The notes: generated by a model not told the origin, from the letters alone. DNA of 64,000 nt from an uncultured delta proteobacterium (GCA_963711835.1 CAVQFQ010000017.1:224001-288000); one strand, 5' to 3'; positions 9,131 through 19,545 are shown, counted from the stretch's first letter. Numbers and translations are program-made.

Positions 9131-12100
9131 ATGACATCCGAGAAAAAGATCTGGCAACTTAATATTGAGAAGTTGGCGCAGGAGATCCTTTCCAAGACCC
9201 GCACGGCCAAAACAGAAGAGGACGTCAAAATGCGGGTGGAACCTATCTTGCGGCGGGCCTTTTCCGATATCGGTGTGGATGTCAATATTGTTGCTTACGA
9301 AAAGTCAACAAAGTTAACAGCCAAGCGTATGGATGCCGTTTATGGATATTTAATCATTGAATACAAAGGTCCTGGAAAATTAGATTCTCCTTCATCCCTC
9401 CGGAATGCCAAATTACAATTACAGACTTATCTGGAAGAAGAGGCCCAACGCCATGGCCCACACGAGGAATCATTTCTTGAGAAAGCAGTAGGCGTGGCCC
9501 TGGACGATCAACGGATCCTTTTCTCCCGTTACAGTAAAACTGCCCGGGTCCTTAACACGCCCGTACCCGTAGAACCCGACCAACGTCTCCTTTTTCCTGA
9601 GACTGTCCCCCAACGCGGTTTTCAATTTCAAGGACCTTTCCCAATCAGTGCTGCCAGTCTCAGCAGCCTCCTTATTTATGTCCGATCTGCAGCCCGCAGG
9701 CCGCTTACGGCGGAAGATTTAGCAACGGTCTTTGGACCGGATCATGAAGTGACCAGAGTCCTGATTTCTGAGCTTTACGCTGCGGCCATGCGCGGGCAGC
9801 GACGCAGCCAATTCCCCCGTGTTGCCACCTTCTATGGGGAATGGGATCGTATATTTGGGGTTGTTTATGGAGAAAAACTGGAGAAAGCCGAAAAAGCGGT
9901 CGAAGAGACTGCCCGTCTGTACAATCTGCCCACCGGTATCCGCTTGAAATCTCTTTTGTTCGCCATCCATACCTTTTATGCCCTGTTGATGAAACTGATC
10001 GCCATAGAGTTGTTGGCCCTTCAAAGGGACGTTCAGGTCACTTCGTTTGTTGAAGGACTGGCGTCCCAAAATGATGATGAGATCAAGGCGAAACTCTCTG
10101 AGCTTGAAAGTGGCCTGGGTTTCATTGATCGAGGGATTTCCAATTTCCTCGAGGCCGATTTCTTTTCCTGGTATTTGGACGTCTGGACGGGTAAGGTTGC
10201 TGCAAATATTCGCGGGATGATCCGGGCTTTGGCTGATTTTGAGCCGGCCACCCCTGTGCTGGAGCCGGATTGGACTCGAGACCTTCTTCAAAAACTTTAT
10301 GAACTTTTGGTCCCCAAGATACTGCGCCACGGACTCGGCGAGTATTACACACCTGACTGGCTGGCGGGGTATCTTATAGATAAAACCGGCTATAACGGGG
10401 TGATGGATAAACGTTTTCTCGATCCGGCCTGCGGCTCGGGGACTTTTTTAGTGCAGGCCATCCATCGGGCTTCACGTCAGGCCGAAAAGCAGAAAAATGT
10501 AGACGCAGGTGAAGTCGGGCGGGCTATCTTAAATAACATTATGGGTTTTGATCTTAACCCCTTAGCGGTGCTGGCCGCTCGCACCAACTACCTCATCGCC
10601 TTCTCTCGATTTCTGCCCTATGTCCGACCGGTTTCCATCCCGGTATTCCTTTGTGATTCCGTGGCGCCTCCCGACCGCGATCCGGAGGATCAAAAACAGA
10701 GAGAACTTTTCAGTCCGGACACGGTGGTCTTCCGAACCAAAGAACACGATTATATCTTCCCCATATCCATGAAAAACAAGGAACGAATCGACCGGTTTAC
10801 CTCTCTGGTCATGAATGGATTACGGGCCAAGATGGATATAGAACAATTTCAGCGTTTATTGACAGGGAAGATGGATCTGAATCCCGGTGAACTCATCCAT
10901 CTTGCTGAGGTTTATTCCCAGATCAAAAAATTGGATGATGAAAAACGTGATGGTATCTGGGCCCATTATATTAAAAATGCCTTTGCGCCTGTTTACGTCG
11001 GGCAGTTTGATTTTGTTATCGGAAATCCACCATGGATTCGTTGGGGATATCTTTCCGATGATTACCGCAAAGTCACACTCAAACTCTGGCAAAGTTATGG
11101 GTTGTTTTCCCTTAAAGGTCATGAAACCCGTCTTGGTGGGGGCGAAAAAGATTTTTCCATGCTCTTTACCTACGCCTGTGCCGACCGTTATCTCAAAGAC
11201 GGCGGTGTATTGGGCTTTGTTATCACCCAGGAGGTCTTCAAATCCAAAGGGGCAGGAGAGGGTTTCCGCCGCTTCCGTATCGGGGAGAATGGGCCGGGGC
11301 TAAAAATCCTTGGTATGGAAGACATGGTCCATCTGCAACCCTTTCAAGCAGCCAATAAGACCACCGTCTTTACTCTGGAAAAAGGGCAGGCCACCCGTTA
11401 CCCGGTGCCGGTTATTGAATGGCGGCGTAAACCCGGAGTCGGCCATATTTCACCTGAATGGCTGCTCCCGGAAGTGCTGGGGAAAACAGAGCGCACAATA
11501 ATGCGGGCCGTTCCGGTGGACTCCAATAATCCGGTTTCTTCCTGGCAGACCGCCAAAAACAGGGCTATTCTTCTGAGCGCCAAATTGAAAGGCAAGAACC
11601 AATATCTTGCTCGTCTTGGTGCCAGAGTCGAGCCATATGGTGTCTTTTGGTTGCGACTAAAAGAAGTCCGGCCGGACGGCAAATTGGTGGTGGAGAACCA
11701 GCACGACCGGGGGAAACGGGAAGTTAAGTTGCATTCATCCGCCATCGAACCCGATTTGGTCTATCCAGCGGTGAGCGGCGGCGACATTGTCCGCTTCGGC
11801 ATCAAAGAACCTTTCTATCTTCTAATCTCCCAGGACCCGGCAAAACGCAGACCTTTTCCGGAAGAGTGGATGTTGGATCATGTCCCCCTTACCTATGCTT
11901 ACCTTAAACAATTTGAGAAGGTCCTTTTGACCCGCGGCTCTAAGGTGGTGAAACAATTTGCCGATCGCACGGAGTTTTACGCCATGTTCGGCATCGGTGG
12001 ATATACTTTTGCCCGTTACCGAGTTGTCTGGAAACGCATGGCCGCCAAGATGTCGGCTGTGATCTTAAGCACCTTGAAGACCCCTTTTGGTACCAAACCG

Positions 12101-12415
12101 ATTATCGCTACGGACACCTGCTCCCTTTTTACCGCCAAAAACGCCGAGGAAGCCCACTATCTTTGCGCCATTCTGAACTCGACAATTGTCGGTGATTATA
12201 TTCGCAGCTTTTCTTCCGGGGGCCGTGGGTTTGGCGCACCTTCGGTATTCAAGAACCTGGCTATACCACTCTATGACGCCCGAAATAAAATCCACTTTAA
12301 ACTAAGCAATCTTTCCCAAAAGGCTCATCATGGCGTCGAACGGGGCCATGACATCTCTGAATTTGAGAAAGAAATCAATCGAACTTCCGAGGAATTATGG
12401 AATTTAAAACCCTGA
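9131..12415 (+). CDS. Type IIG-like fused restriction endonuclease / N6-adenine methyltransferase
   Basis: N-terminal D..E-x-K (MDAVYGYLIIEYK), GEYYTPDWLA, motif I FLDPACGSGTF, motif IV IGNPPW, C-terminal TRD-like region (AHYLCAILNS). Confidence 0.88.
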   Translation: MTSEKKIWQLNIEKLAQEILSKTRTAKTEEDVKMRVEPILRRAFSDIGVDVNIVAYEKSTKLTAKRMDAVYGYLIIEYKGPGKLDSPSSLRNAKLQLQTYLEEEAQRHGPHEESFLEKAVGVALDDQRILFSRYSKTARVLNTPVPVEPDQRLLFPETVPQRGFQFQGPFPISAASLSSLLIYVRSAARRPLTAEDLATVFGPDHEVTRVLISELYAAAMRGQRRSQFPRVATFYGEWDRIFGVVYGEKLEKAEKAVEETARLYNLPTGIRLKSLLFAIHTFYALLMKLIAIELLALQRDVQVTSFVEGLASQNDDEIKAKLSELESGLGFIDRGISNFLEADFFSWYLDVWTGKVAANIRGMIRALADFEPATPVLEPDWTRDLLQKLYELLVPKILRHGLGEYYTPDWLAGYLIDKTGYNGVMDKRFLDPACGSGTFLVQAIHRASRQAEKQKNVDAGEVGRAILNNIMGFDLNPLAVLAARTNYLIAFSRFLPYVRPVSIPVFLCDSVAPPDRDPEDQKQRELFSPDTVVFRTKEHDYIFPISMKNKERIDRFTSLVMNGLRAKMDIEQFQRLLTGKMDLNPGELIHLAEVYSQIKKLDDEKRDGIWAHYIKNAFAPVYVGQFDFVIGNPPWIRWGYLSDDYRKVTLKLWQSYGLFSLKGHETRLGGGEKDFSMLFTYACADRYLKDGGVLGFVITQEVFKSKGAGEGFRRFRIGENGPGLKILGMEDMVHLQPFQAANKTTVFTLEKGQATRYPVPVIEWRRKPGVGHISPEWLLPEVLGKTERTIMRAVPVDSNNPVSSWQTAKNRAILLSAKLKGKNQYLARLGARVEPYGVFWLRLKEVRPDGKLVVENQHDRGKREVKLHSSAIEPDLVYPAVSGGDIVRFGIKEPFYLLISQDPAKRRPFPEEWMLDHVPLTYAYLKQFEKVLLTRGSKVVKQFADRTEFYAMFGIGGYTFARYRVVWKRMAAKMSAVILSTLKTPFGTKPIIATDTCSLFTAKNAEEAHYLCAILNSTIVGDYIRSFSSGGRGFGAPSVFKNLAIPLYDARNKIHFKLSNLSQKAHHGVERGHDISEFEKEINRTSEELWNLKP

Positions 12416-13248
12416 CACCCAAAGATCCGCAATATCCGAAGAAGCTATTGAAACGCTTGGGGGCGGAAGCGCCGATATTATATTTCCACGGCCCTCTGAA
12501 ACTGTTGGACCGCTTCACGATGGCCGTGATTTGCGCCGATCTACACGACGGCCATGCCATGCTGGCGGCCAATGACATGCTTTTCAAAATACGCGAATAT
12601 GCGCTTAATTACATTGGACCCTGGCATGCGATAATGGAAACGGAAATCTTTCGACTAGCTTTGGACACGCCAACCGACCCTGATCGTCGGCGTTCCTTGA
12701 CTATATGCACGGCCAGGGGTCTGTCTCGGGAAAACTGGGACAATTTTTTGGGGGATCGTTTCGGGTATCAGGGGCCATTCACCGGTTTTCCCCAAAAGGA
12801 CGAATTTTATCGCCGGGCCAGCGAGGAGGAGCTGCTTTGGCTTTCGATTACCGAACCCGATTTAAAACGCTTTGAACGGCGAAATATTCTTTTACGAAAT
12901 TGGGTGGCTTGTGCCTTGGCCGATGTGGTTTTTGTCCCTTATGCGGAGAAAGGGAATAAAACTTTGATTACAGTAAAAAAGGTAGTCGAAGCCGGTATAC
13001 CAATTTTCACTGTTGATCACGAGGTCTGCAAAGACCTCTATAATTTGGGTCTGCCGGGTTTTTCGCGAAAGACCATCGGTGCCTATTTGGAATCCCTTGG
13101 GGCACGAAAAGATGACCCCCCTCCTTTTTCGCCTCGAGATATGAACACATCTCCTGAAAATTTGGAATTACCACCTGCATTGATAAGTAAACCCCGCCAA
13201 TTATCTCTTTTGGAGAAAATGGAGCATCCAACAAACAATCAAAAATAA
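12397..13248 (+). CDS. Divergent DprA/Smf (SLOG)-like Rossmann-fold protein
   Basis: DPQYPKKL...PILYFHGPLKLL, ICTARGL, RNWVACALADVVFVPYA..G.KT; no N-terminal SAM or C-terminal wH domain; overlaps the R-M stop by 19 bp. Confidence 0.65.
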   Translation: MEFKTLTPKDPQYPKKLLKRLGAEAPILYFHGPLKLLDRFTMAVICADLHDGHAMLAANDMLFKIREYALNYIGPWHAIMETEIFRLALDTPTDPDRRRSLTICTARGLSRENWDNFLGDRFGYQGPFTGFPQKDEFYRRASEEELLWLSITEPDLKRFERRNILLRNWVACALADVVFVPYAEKGNKTLITVKKVVEAGIPIFTVDHEVCKDLYNLGLPGFSRKTIGAYLESLGARKDDPPPFSPRDMNTSPENLELPPALISKPRQLSLLEKMEHPTNNQK

Positions 13249-13289
13249 GTTTAAACGTTTCCCAAAAAAGGAGACACGAACTTCTCGCT

Positions 13290-14390
13290 TTAACTCTGCT
13301 GAAGGCGTTTAAGTTTGTCCTCCAGATCCGCTTTGGCCTGGGCCCTCGTTTGGGCCCGCAGGGCATGGGCCTCCATGGTATTTTTGGGAACCGGGGTCTG
13401 CAAGGCCTCCGGTTTGCGCTCCAGCATCAGGGCTCCCTCAGGGCAGGTGGAGACACAGAGCCCGCAGCCGATGCAGCGGTCGGCATCCAGCAGCACCCGC
13501 CCGTCCTCCATGGCCAACGCCCCCATCTGGCAACGGTCCAGGCAGATTTCGCAGCCCAGGCAGGCCTCCGGATCGGCTTTCGCGACGAAAGGAGAGGAAA
13601 CGATCAGACCTGGCTTGGGGTGCCTCTTGAGGTTAATGAGTATCTGGCAGCAATCGCCGCAACACAGACAGATATTGACGATCTCCTGGGCATTGCTCGG
13701 CTGCAGGACCAGGCCATCTTCTTCGGCCCGTTTGAGGATAGAAAGCGCCTCCTCCGCTTCAATGACCCGGCCCAGCTTGTTGCGCTGGTAGTAATCAGCC
13801 CCCCAGCCGAAGATCAGGCAGGCCTCCATCAATTTATCGCAGCCGTCACCTTTCAATTGGTGCTCGCGGCGGCAGATGCAGGGGGCCACCAGGATTTTTT
13901 TCTGCCTCCTGATCAGTCCCTCGGCCTGCTCATAGGGCAATATCTTCATATCGGCGGTCAGGCTCTTGCCCACCGGGATAGTTCGAAGCTGGGGGACATG
14001 GTCAAAGGCTTCCCTGGCCAGAACCGGGAAATATTCGTCCATATCCTTGATGAAATCCTTATCCAGATTATTCAGGTGGTATTCCCAGATGCCCACCAAG
14101 AACTGAGCGGCCATGTAGGCTGGCGGCCGGTCCGGCACCTCAATGCTGAAGATCAAGCCCTTCCGGGCCATTTCGTGAAGACTGGAAGAAACGGTCTCAT
14201 AATCCCGGCCAAGCCTTTCGGCGATGGCCTCAGCGGTTTCCAGCTTCAGACTCAGCTTCTGGGCCAGTTCGGCCTCTTCGGGCGTGAACAACCGTTTGAG
14301 GATTCGAAGCTCCACTTTCGAATCAGTGGCCGGGAATCCTCCCGGCAGGCGGTCAAGATGCTCTCTCAATTTTTCGTAAAGGGGTTCCAT
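13290..14390 (-). CDS. 4Fe-4S binding protein (N-terminal HTH-like, C-terminal 2x[4Fe-4S])
   Basis: CICR, ICLCCGDCC, CLGCEICLDRC, CIGCGLCVSTCP. Confidence 0.85.
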   Translation of the reverse strand: MEPLYEKLREHLDRLPGGFPATDSKVELRILKRLFTPEEAELAQKLSLKLETAEAIAERLGRDYETVSSSLHEMARKGLIFSIEVPDRPPAYMAAQFLVGIWEYHLNNLDKDFIKDMDEYFPVLAREAFDHVPQLRTIPVGKSLTADMKILPYEQAEGLIRRQKKILVAPCICRREHQLKGDGCDKLMEACLIFGWGADYYQRNKLGRVIEAEEALSILKRAEEDGLVLQPSNAQEIVNICLCCGDCCQILINLKRHPKPGLIVSSPFVAKADPEACLGCEICLDRCQMGALAMEDGRVLLDADRCIGCGLCVSTCPEGALMLERKPEALQTPVPKNTMEAHALRAQTRAQAKADLEDKLKRLQQS

Positions 14391-14406
14391 GTCACATCCT
14401 CCTTGA

Positions 14407-15120
14407 TTACTTCGGGGCCGTGGCGTTGGGCTTGACCGAGACGGTTATGGGGAGGGATAATTTGAAGACTACCTCCGAACCGGTTTTGTAGGTGAGTTCT
14501 TCTTTGCCGGTCACATAAGCCAGAACCGCCCCGGTTCCGCCACCAAGTCCGATCCCGATTATAGCCCCGGAAATCTGGCCTAAGGCCGATCCGATTCCGG
14601 CGCCCAGGATGGCCCCGCCCCCGATAAGCCCTATATTGCGTAACAGATGAGCCCGGCCTTGTTTTAGGACCGGTTCGGTGGCCAGGACATAGGCCGATTG
14701 GTCAGGCAGGGTCACCCGGTTTAATCGGATTTCCAGGAAGGCTGTCCCCTGAAAGCGGCTCGATTCTATAACCCGGGAGAGAAATCCTTCAAATTGAGCC
14801 CCCACCGGCACCAGCACCTGACCGCCCAGCATGATGGGGTCTTTCAGGGAAGCGCTAAAGGATTGGCCGGTTTTGTTTTTCGAGGAGCTGAGGGCCTGGT
14901 TCATGGTCACTTTGAATGAGGTCCCTGAGGGCACCGTAATCTGGATGGTTTCCGGAATAGGACCCTTCGGGACTCCCTTCTGAGGGGCCGCTTTAGTCGG
15001 TTTTCCGCCTTTGCTCCCCATGGCCTGAAGGGCCAGGGGATTCGAAAGAGAAAATATGAAAAAGGAGATGATTAAAAGAACAGGGTGAATTTTAAGGATT
15101 CTCATCTTATTCCTTTTCAA
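14407..15120 (-). CDS. Hypothetical exported protein with glycine-zipper region
   Basis: Signal peptide; VPSGTSFKVTMNQALSS..GQSFSASL; GGGAILGAGIGSALG. Confidence 0.7.
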   Translation of the reverse strand: MKRNKMRILKIHPVLLIISFFIFSLSNPLALQAMGSKGGKPTKAAPQKGVPKGPIPETIQITVPSGTSFKVTMNQALSSSKNKTGQSFSASLKDPIMLGGQVLVPVGAQFEGFLSRVIESSRFQGTAFLEIRLNRVTLPDQSAYVLATEPVLKQGRAHLLRNIGLIGGGAILGAGIGSALGQISGAIIGIGLGGGTGAVLAYVTGKEELTYKTGSEVVFKLSLPITVSVKPNATAPK

Positions 15121-15134
15121 TTGGTATCCAATGA

Positions 15135-16289
15135 CTATCCCAAGCCATATTCCCTGGCAATGATAACCTGTAATATCTCGGAGGTGCCCCCGCCGAAGAG
15201 CAGGAATCGGGTGTCCCGGTAGAAACGCTGGACCGGGTATTCCATGGAATAGCTGTAGGCCCCGTAAATTCGGGTGGCTTCATCGGCGGCCCGGCAGGCC
15301 GTTTCCGAGGCGAAAAACTTGGCCATGGAGGCCTCTTTCATGCAGGGAATCCCCTGATCGAGCATTCGGGTGGTATTGTAGACCATCAGCCGTGAGGCCT
15401 CGATCTCGGTGGCCATCTTGGCGATCTTGCTCTGGACAAGCTGGAACTGGCCGATGGGTTGGCCAAACTGGGTCCGTTCCTTGGCATACTGGAGGGAGGC
15501 GTCAAAGGCCGCCCGGGCCAGGCCTAAACTCAAGGCTGCGGTCATGGTTCGGATCTCGGAGAGGATTTTCATCAGGTTGGCCAGGCCGCGGCCTTCTTCT
15601 CCGAGCCTGTTTTCTATTGGGATGCGGCAGTTTTCAAAGGCAATCTCGGAGATCTCCGTTCCCCAGGTCCCCAGTTTATCGAATTTTTTGCTGATGGAAA
15701 AACCGGGTGTTCCCCGCTCGACCAGGAAAAAGTTCATGCCCCGGAATCCCTTGCTCCGATCCGTCTGGGCCAGCACCGTAAAGAAGTCCGCCACCGGCGC
15801 ATTGGTGATCCAGGTCTTCATGCCGTTTAAGACCCAGCCGTCCTGGGTCCATTCCGCCTGGGTCCGAATGCCGGCCAGGTCCGTAGCCGCATCGGGCTCA
15901 GTCAAGGCAAAGGCAGCCACCTTTTCTCCGGCCATGGCCGGCAGAAACAATCGCTGATAATGGTCTTCGGTTCCAAAATGAAAGAGGAAGTTGGTGCCCA
16001 TAAGACATTGCATGGCCGTGACGGCCGCCACACTCATGGAACCCCGGGCCAATTCTTCGCACATGATACAGAACAGGGTGCTGTTGCCGCCGGCCCCATT
16101 CCGTTCCCGGGGGTAGCGCATTCGGAAGGCTCCCATCTTGCCCAAGGTCCGAAAAATCTCAAAAGGGAAGGATTTGTTGTCGTCAATTTCCTTAGCCCGG
16201 GGGATAAGTTCCCGATCAACAAAACGGGCCATGTTTTTCCGTAAGAGCGCTTCGGCAGAAGGTCGGATAAGCTGCGGCTGGGGTTTCAT
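15135..16289 (-). CDS. Acyl-CoA dehydrogenase
   Basis: AFALTEPDAATD, LNGMKTWITNAP, ERTQFGQPIGQFQ, GGGTSEI. Confidence 0.95.
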   Translation of the reverse strand: MKPQPQLIRPSAEALLRKNMARFVDRELIPRAKEIDDNKSFPFEIFRTLGKMGAFRMRYPRERNGAGGNSTLFCIMCEELARGSMSVAAVTAMQCLMGTNFLFHFGTEDHYQRLFLPAMAGEKVAAFALTEPDAATDLAGIRTQAEWTQDGWVLNGMKTWITNAPVADFFTVLAQTDRSKGFRGMNFFLVERGTPGFSISKKFDKLGTWGTEISEIAFENCRIPIENRLGEEGRGLANLMKILSEIRTMTAALSLGLARAAFDASLQYAKERTQFGQPIGQFQLVQSKIAKMATEIEASRLMVYNTTRMLDQGIPCMKEASMAKFFASETACRAADEATRIYGAYSYSMEYPVQRFYRDTRFLLFGGGTSEILQVIIAREYGLG

Positions 16290-17479
16290 AAGGCCCTCTC
16301 TTTTTGAACGGCCTTGGTCAAGGCCGGGACAATATCCTGGAGGTCTCCCACAATCCGGTAATCGGCAATTTCAAAGATAGGCGCCAGGGGATCCTTATTG
16401 ACGGCGATAATATATTTGGAATTCTGCATGCCGGCTTTATGCTGGATGGCCCCGGAAATACCGCAGGCAATATAAAGATCGGGATGGACGCTCTGGCCGG
16501 TCTGCCCCACCTGGCGTTCAGCCGGGACCCAGCCCGATTCAACGGCCACCCGGGACCCGGCCACCTCCCCGCCCAGGGCCTCGGCCAAGGCCTGAAGGGC
16601 CTTGACCCCTTTCTCGGAACCCAGCCCGCGGCCGCCGGCCACGATGACCCTGGCCTGGGAGAAATCCACCCGCCGCTTCTTTTCCTTGACGATCTCCACC
16701 AGCCTGGTGGTTAAATCCTTTTTTTTCAGGAGCGGTTTAAAGGGGATGAGCTCCCCTTTCCGGGTCCGGTCAGGCGGCAAGGCTTTCATAATTCCGGGAC
16801 GAACACTGGCCATCTGGGGCCGGCTCCGCCGGCTGAGAATGGTGGCCATGACATTGCCCCCGAAGGCCGGTCGGGTTTGCAGGAGATGCCCTTCCTTCGG
16901 ATCAATGGACAATTCCGTACAATCGGCCGTTAGACCCAGTTCCAATCGCCGGGCCAGACGGGGAGCCAGATCGCGGCCGATATGGGTGGCACCGACTAAA
17001 AAAATGCCGGGCTTGTGCCCTGCCAGCAATTCAGCCAGAACGGTGGCATAGGGATTGGTCTGATAATGACCCAGGTAAGGATGTTCAGCCAGATAGACCT
17101 TTTGTGCCCCGCCGGCGATTAATTCACGGCTCAGGGCTTTGACCTTATCCCCTAAGAGAACGGCGGAGACCTCCTGGTTTAATTCCCGGGCCAACCGGGC
17201 CCCACATCCCAATAACTCCAGGGAGACCGGATGCAGTCGGCCTTCCCGTTGTTCGGCGAAAACCCACACGCCTTGATAGGCGCTAAAGTCCGGGATAGGG
17301 AGTTCGGCCAGGTCCGATGAAATGGCCTTTTGTTTGCAACTTTCAATGCACGCCCCGCAATAGATGCAGCGGTCCGTTAGAACAGCGACCTGGCCGTCAA
17401 TGTTCACTCCCCCATAGGAGCAGGCCTTAAGACAGCGCCGGCAGGCATTACATTTTGAAGGGTCTATGAATATGGCCAT
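16286..17479 (-). CDS. etfA: Electron transfer flavoprotein alpha subunit with N-terminal 2x[4Fe-4S] domain
   Basis: CNACRRC/CIYCGAC; GLTADCT, RPAFGGN, QVGQTG, GISGAIQH. Confidence 0.95.
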   Translation of the reverse strand: MAIFIDPSKCNACRRCLKACSYGGVNIDGQVAVLTDRCIYCGACIESCKQKAISSDLAELPIPDFSAYQGVWVFAEQREGRLHPVSLELLGCGARLARELNQEVSAVLLGDKVKALSRELIAGGAQKVYLAEHPYLGHYQTNPYATVLAELLAGHKPGIFLVGATHIGRDLAPRLARRLELGLTADCTELSIDPKEGHLLQTRPAFGGNVMATILSRRSRPQMASVRPGIMKALPPDRTRKGELIPFKPLLKKKDLTTRLVEIVKEKKRRVDFSQARVIVAGGRGLGSEKGVKALQALAEALGGEVAGSRVAVESGWVPAERQVGQTGQSVHPDLYIACGISGAIQHKAGMQNSKYIIAVNKDPLAPIFEIADYRIVGDLQDIVPALTKAVQKERAL

Positions 17480-17499
17480 ATTGGTCTCCTAAATACCCT

Positions 17500-17630
17500 A
17501 AATTCGAAATCCGAAGCACGAAATCCAAAACAAGCACGAATTTTCAAAATCTAAATTATTCAAACTTGGCCGCTCGTGTTTTGATATTGAGTCATTTGGA
17601 TTTGTTTCGGATTTCGAGATTCGAGTTTAT
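17500..17630. repeat. Palindromic heptamer-repeat intergenic element (REP-like), related to 57995-58120
   Basis: AAATTCG AAATCCG AAGCACG AAATCCA ... TTTGTTTCGGATTTCGAGATTCGAGTTT. Confidence 0.65.
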
Positions 17631-17632
17631 TT

Positions 17633-18427
17633 TTAAAGGATATGGATCTCCTTCAGACGGTCCACCAACTGTTCGGCTATTTCCCGGGTGCTGCCGCTCA
17701 GGGTTTCCCCGTCCTTTTTCCTTTCCGGGGGAAAGGTCCGCACCACCTGGGTCAGGGAACCGGTCAATCCGACCTCATAGGCCTTTACCCCCAGATCAAC
17801 CGGGTTCCAGATGTGTATTTTGGAATTAGGGGAACAGGCTTGGATGATCCCGGGGATGCTCGGATAACGCGGTTGGTTTAAATCCCGAAGCACGGTGACC
17901 AGGGCCGGCAAGGGGGCCTCGATCTTTTCATAGCCGTCCTCCATAACCCGCTCGGCCAGGATCTTTTTCCCGGTCAGGGTCAGGGAACGGACATAAGTAA
18001 TTTGAGGAATACCCAGCATCTCAGCCACCTGGGGTCCGATCTGGGCCGTGTCTCCGTCAATGGCTTGGCGTCCGCAGAGAATCAGGTCATAGCGGCCTAT
18101 TTTTTGGATGCACTTTCCCAGGGTATGGGAGGTGGCCCAGGTGTCGGCCCCGGCAAAGGTCCGGTCGGACAGGAGGACGGCTTCGTCCACTCCCATGGCC
18201 AGGGCCTCGGCTAAGGCTTCCACAGCCTGAGGCGGCCCCATGGAAATGGCCGTTACTTTCCCTCCATAGCGCTCTTTCAGGCTTAGGGCGGCTTCCAGGG
18301 CATGGAGATCGTCGGGGTTGATAATGGTTTGAATCCCTTCCCGGATGAGGGTGCCGGTCTTAGGATCTATTTTTACTTCCTGGGTATCCGGGACCTGTTT
18401 TACTAAGACGATGATGTCCATGGGCAT
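17633..18427 (-). CDS. etfB: Electron transfer flavoprotein beta subunit
   Basis: LVKQVPDT, INPDD, SMGPPQA, FAGADTWATS, GRQAIDGDTAQIGP. Confidence 0.95.
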   Translation of the reverse strand: MPMDIIVLVKQVPDTQEVKIDPKTGTLIREGIQTIINPDDLHALEAALSLKERYGGKVTAISMGPPQAVEALAEALAMGVDEAVLLSDRTFAGADTWATSHTLGKCIQKIGRYDLILCGRQAIDGDTAQIGPQVAEMLGIPQITYVRSLTLTGKKILAERVMEDGYEKIEAPLPALVTVLRDLNQPRYPSIPGIIQACSPNSKIHIWNPVDLGVKAYEVGLTGSLTQVVRTFPPERKKDGETLSGSTREIAEQLVDRLKEIHIL

Positions 18428-18456
18428 GCTCCTGTTTTAGGTCATAAGGCCGGAGA

Positions 18457-18837
18457 TTACTTTTTGTATTTTTCGTGACAGGTTTTTTTAAGGGCCCTTA
18501 TATCATCCATCAGGGTGAAAATATGAGGGTTGTCCCCGGTGGTGATCTTTTTTCCCAACTGCTCCGTCAGCTCCAAAAATGATTTCAGGCCGTCCGCGGG
18601 GATCTTTTTTGTTTCCCGGCAAAAATCGTGACACGCCTTTTCAAAGACAGGAAAAATTTCTTCCGGGGTTCCCCTTCCCTTTTCCAGGGCCACCTTCAGA
18701 TCGGAAAAACTTTGGGACATCTTTTTCTTGGATTCCAGCATAAGCGCTTCTCCGTTCCCCTTTTTCCCCTCTATTACCATAATATGCCGGTCCTGAAAAT
18801 ATTTAAATTGAAATTCCGGACGGAGAATCCTTCCCAT
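18457..18837 (-). CDS. XXXCH-domain protein (GAK-system-like helical domain)
   Basis: KKKMSQSF...C-terminal LKKTCHEKYKK. Confidence 0.65.
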   Translation of the reverse strand: MGRILRPEFQFKYFQDRHIMVIEGKKGNGEALMLESKKKMSQSFSDLKVALEKGRGTPEEIFPVFEKACHDFCRETKKIPADGLKSFLELTEQLGKKITTGDNPHIFTLMDDIRALKKTCHEKYKK

Positions 18838-18971
18838 TAATCAAATCCCAGGCCCGATCGGCGCAATAGCCTGGGTTGAATTTACCTCTTTCCGGCAGGC
18901 AGAAATCTCTTGCTATCTATTGGTGATTTATTACAATAGTGTCTATTACGTCTTGAAAGGAGTGAAGGGCA

Positions 18972-19532
18972 ATGGGTAAAAAAATCGATTTCTTTACCGC
19001 CTTGTATCATGTGGCCCGGGTGGTTAATGCCTCGCTGGATTTATCCCAGGTTTTACAGGAAGTCGTCCGCTCGGCAACGGAAACCATGCAGGTAAAAGCC
19101 AGTTCCTTGCGCCTCTTGGATCCCCGAAAGAAAAAATTAGTCTTGGCTGCCACCCAGGGACTCACTGCCGGCTATATCCGCAAGGGACCGGTCCTGGTTG
19201 AAAAAAGCGGTCTGGACCGGAAGGCCCTTAAAGGACAGACCATTTGGCTTCCCGATGCCCAGATCGATAAAAATTTTCAATACGGACAAAGGGCCAAGGA
19301 GGAGGGGATAAAATCGGTTCTGGTGGTTCCCCTGGGTGTCGGGAAGAAGATTATCGGGGTGATGCGGGTCTATACCGATAAGATTCGCGAGTTCACGAAA
19401 CAAGAGGTCCAATTTTTGGAAGCGGTGGCCAATTTAAGCGCCATAGCCATTGAAAATGCCCGTCTCCATGAGAATTTAAAAACCGAATGCGATCTCTTAA
19501 CCGCCCACAAATATCGCCTGGATGATAATTGA
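18972..19532 (+). CDS. Stand-alone GAF-domain protein
   Basis: ASSLRLLD...[10 protein letters not shown]...IGVMRVY...[18 protein letters not shown]. Confidence 0.88.
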   Translation: MGKKIDFFTALYHVARVVNASLDLSQVLQEVVRSATETMQVKASSLRLLDPRKKKLVLAATQGLTAGYIRKGPVLVEKSGLDRKALKGQTIWLPDAQIDKNFQYGQRAKEEGIKSVLVVPLGVGKKIIGVMRVYTDKIREFTKQEVQFLEAVANLSAIAIENARLHENLKTECDLLTAHKYRLDDN

Positions 19533-19545
19533 TAAGGAGGAAGCT

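Noticed and set aside
12397-13248. Calling this the competence gene dprA
   Set aside because: It lacks the canonical core motif and accessory domains, and its context is R-M.
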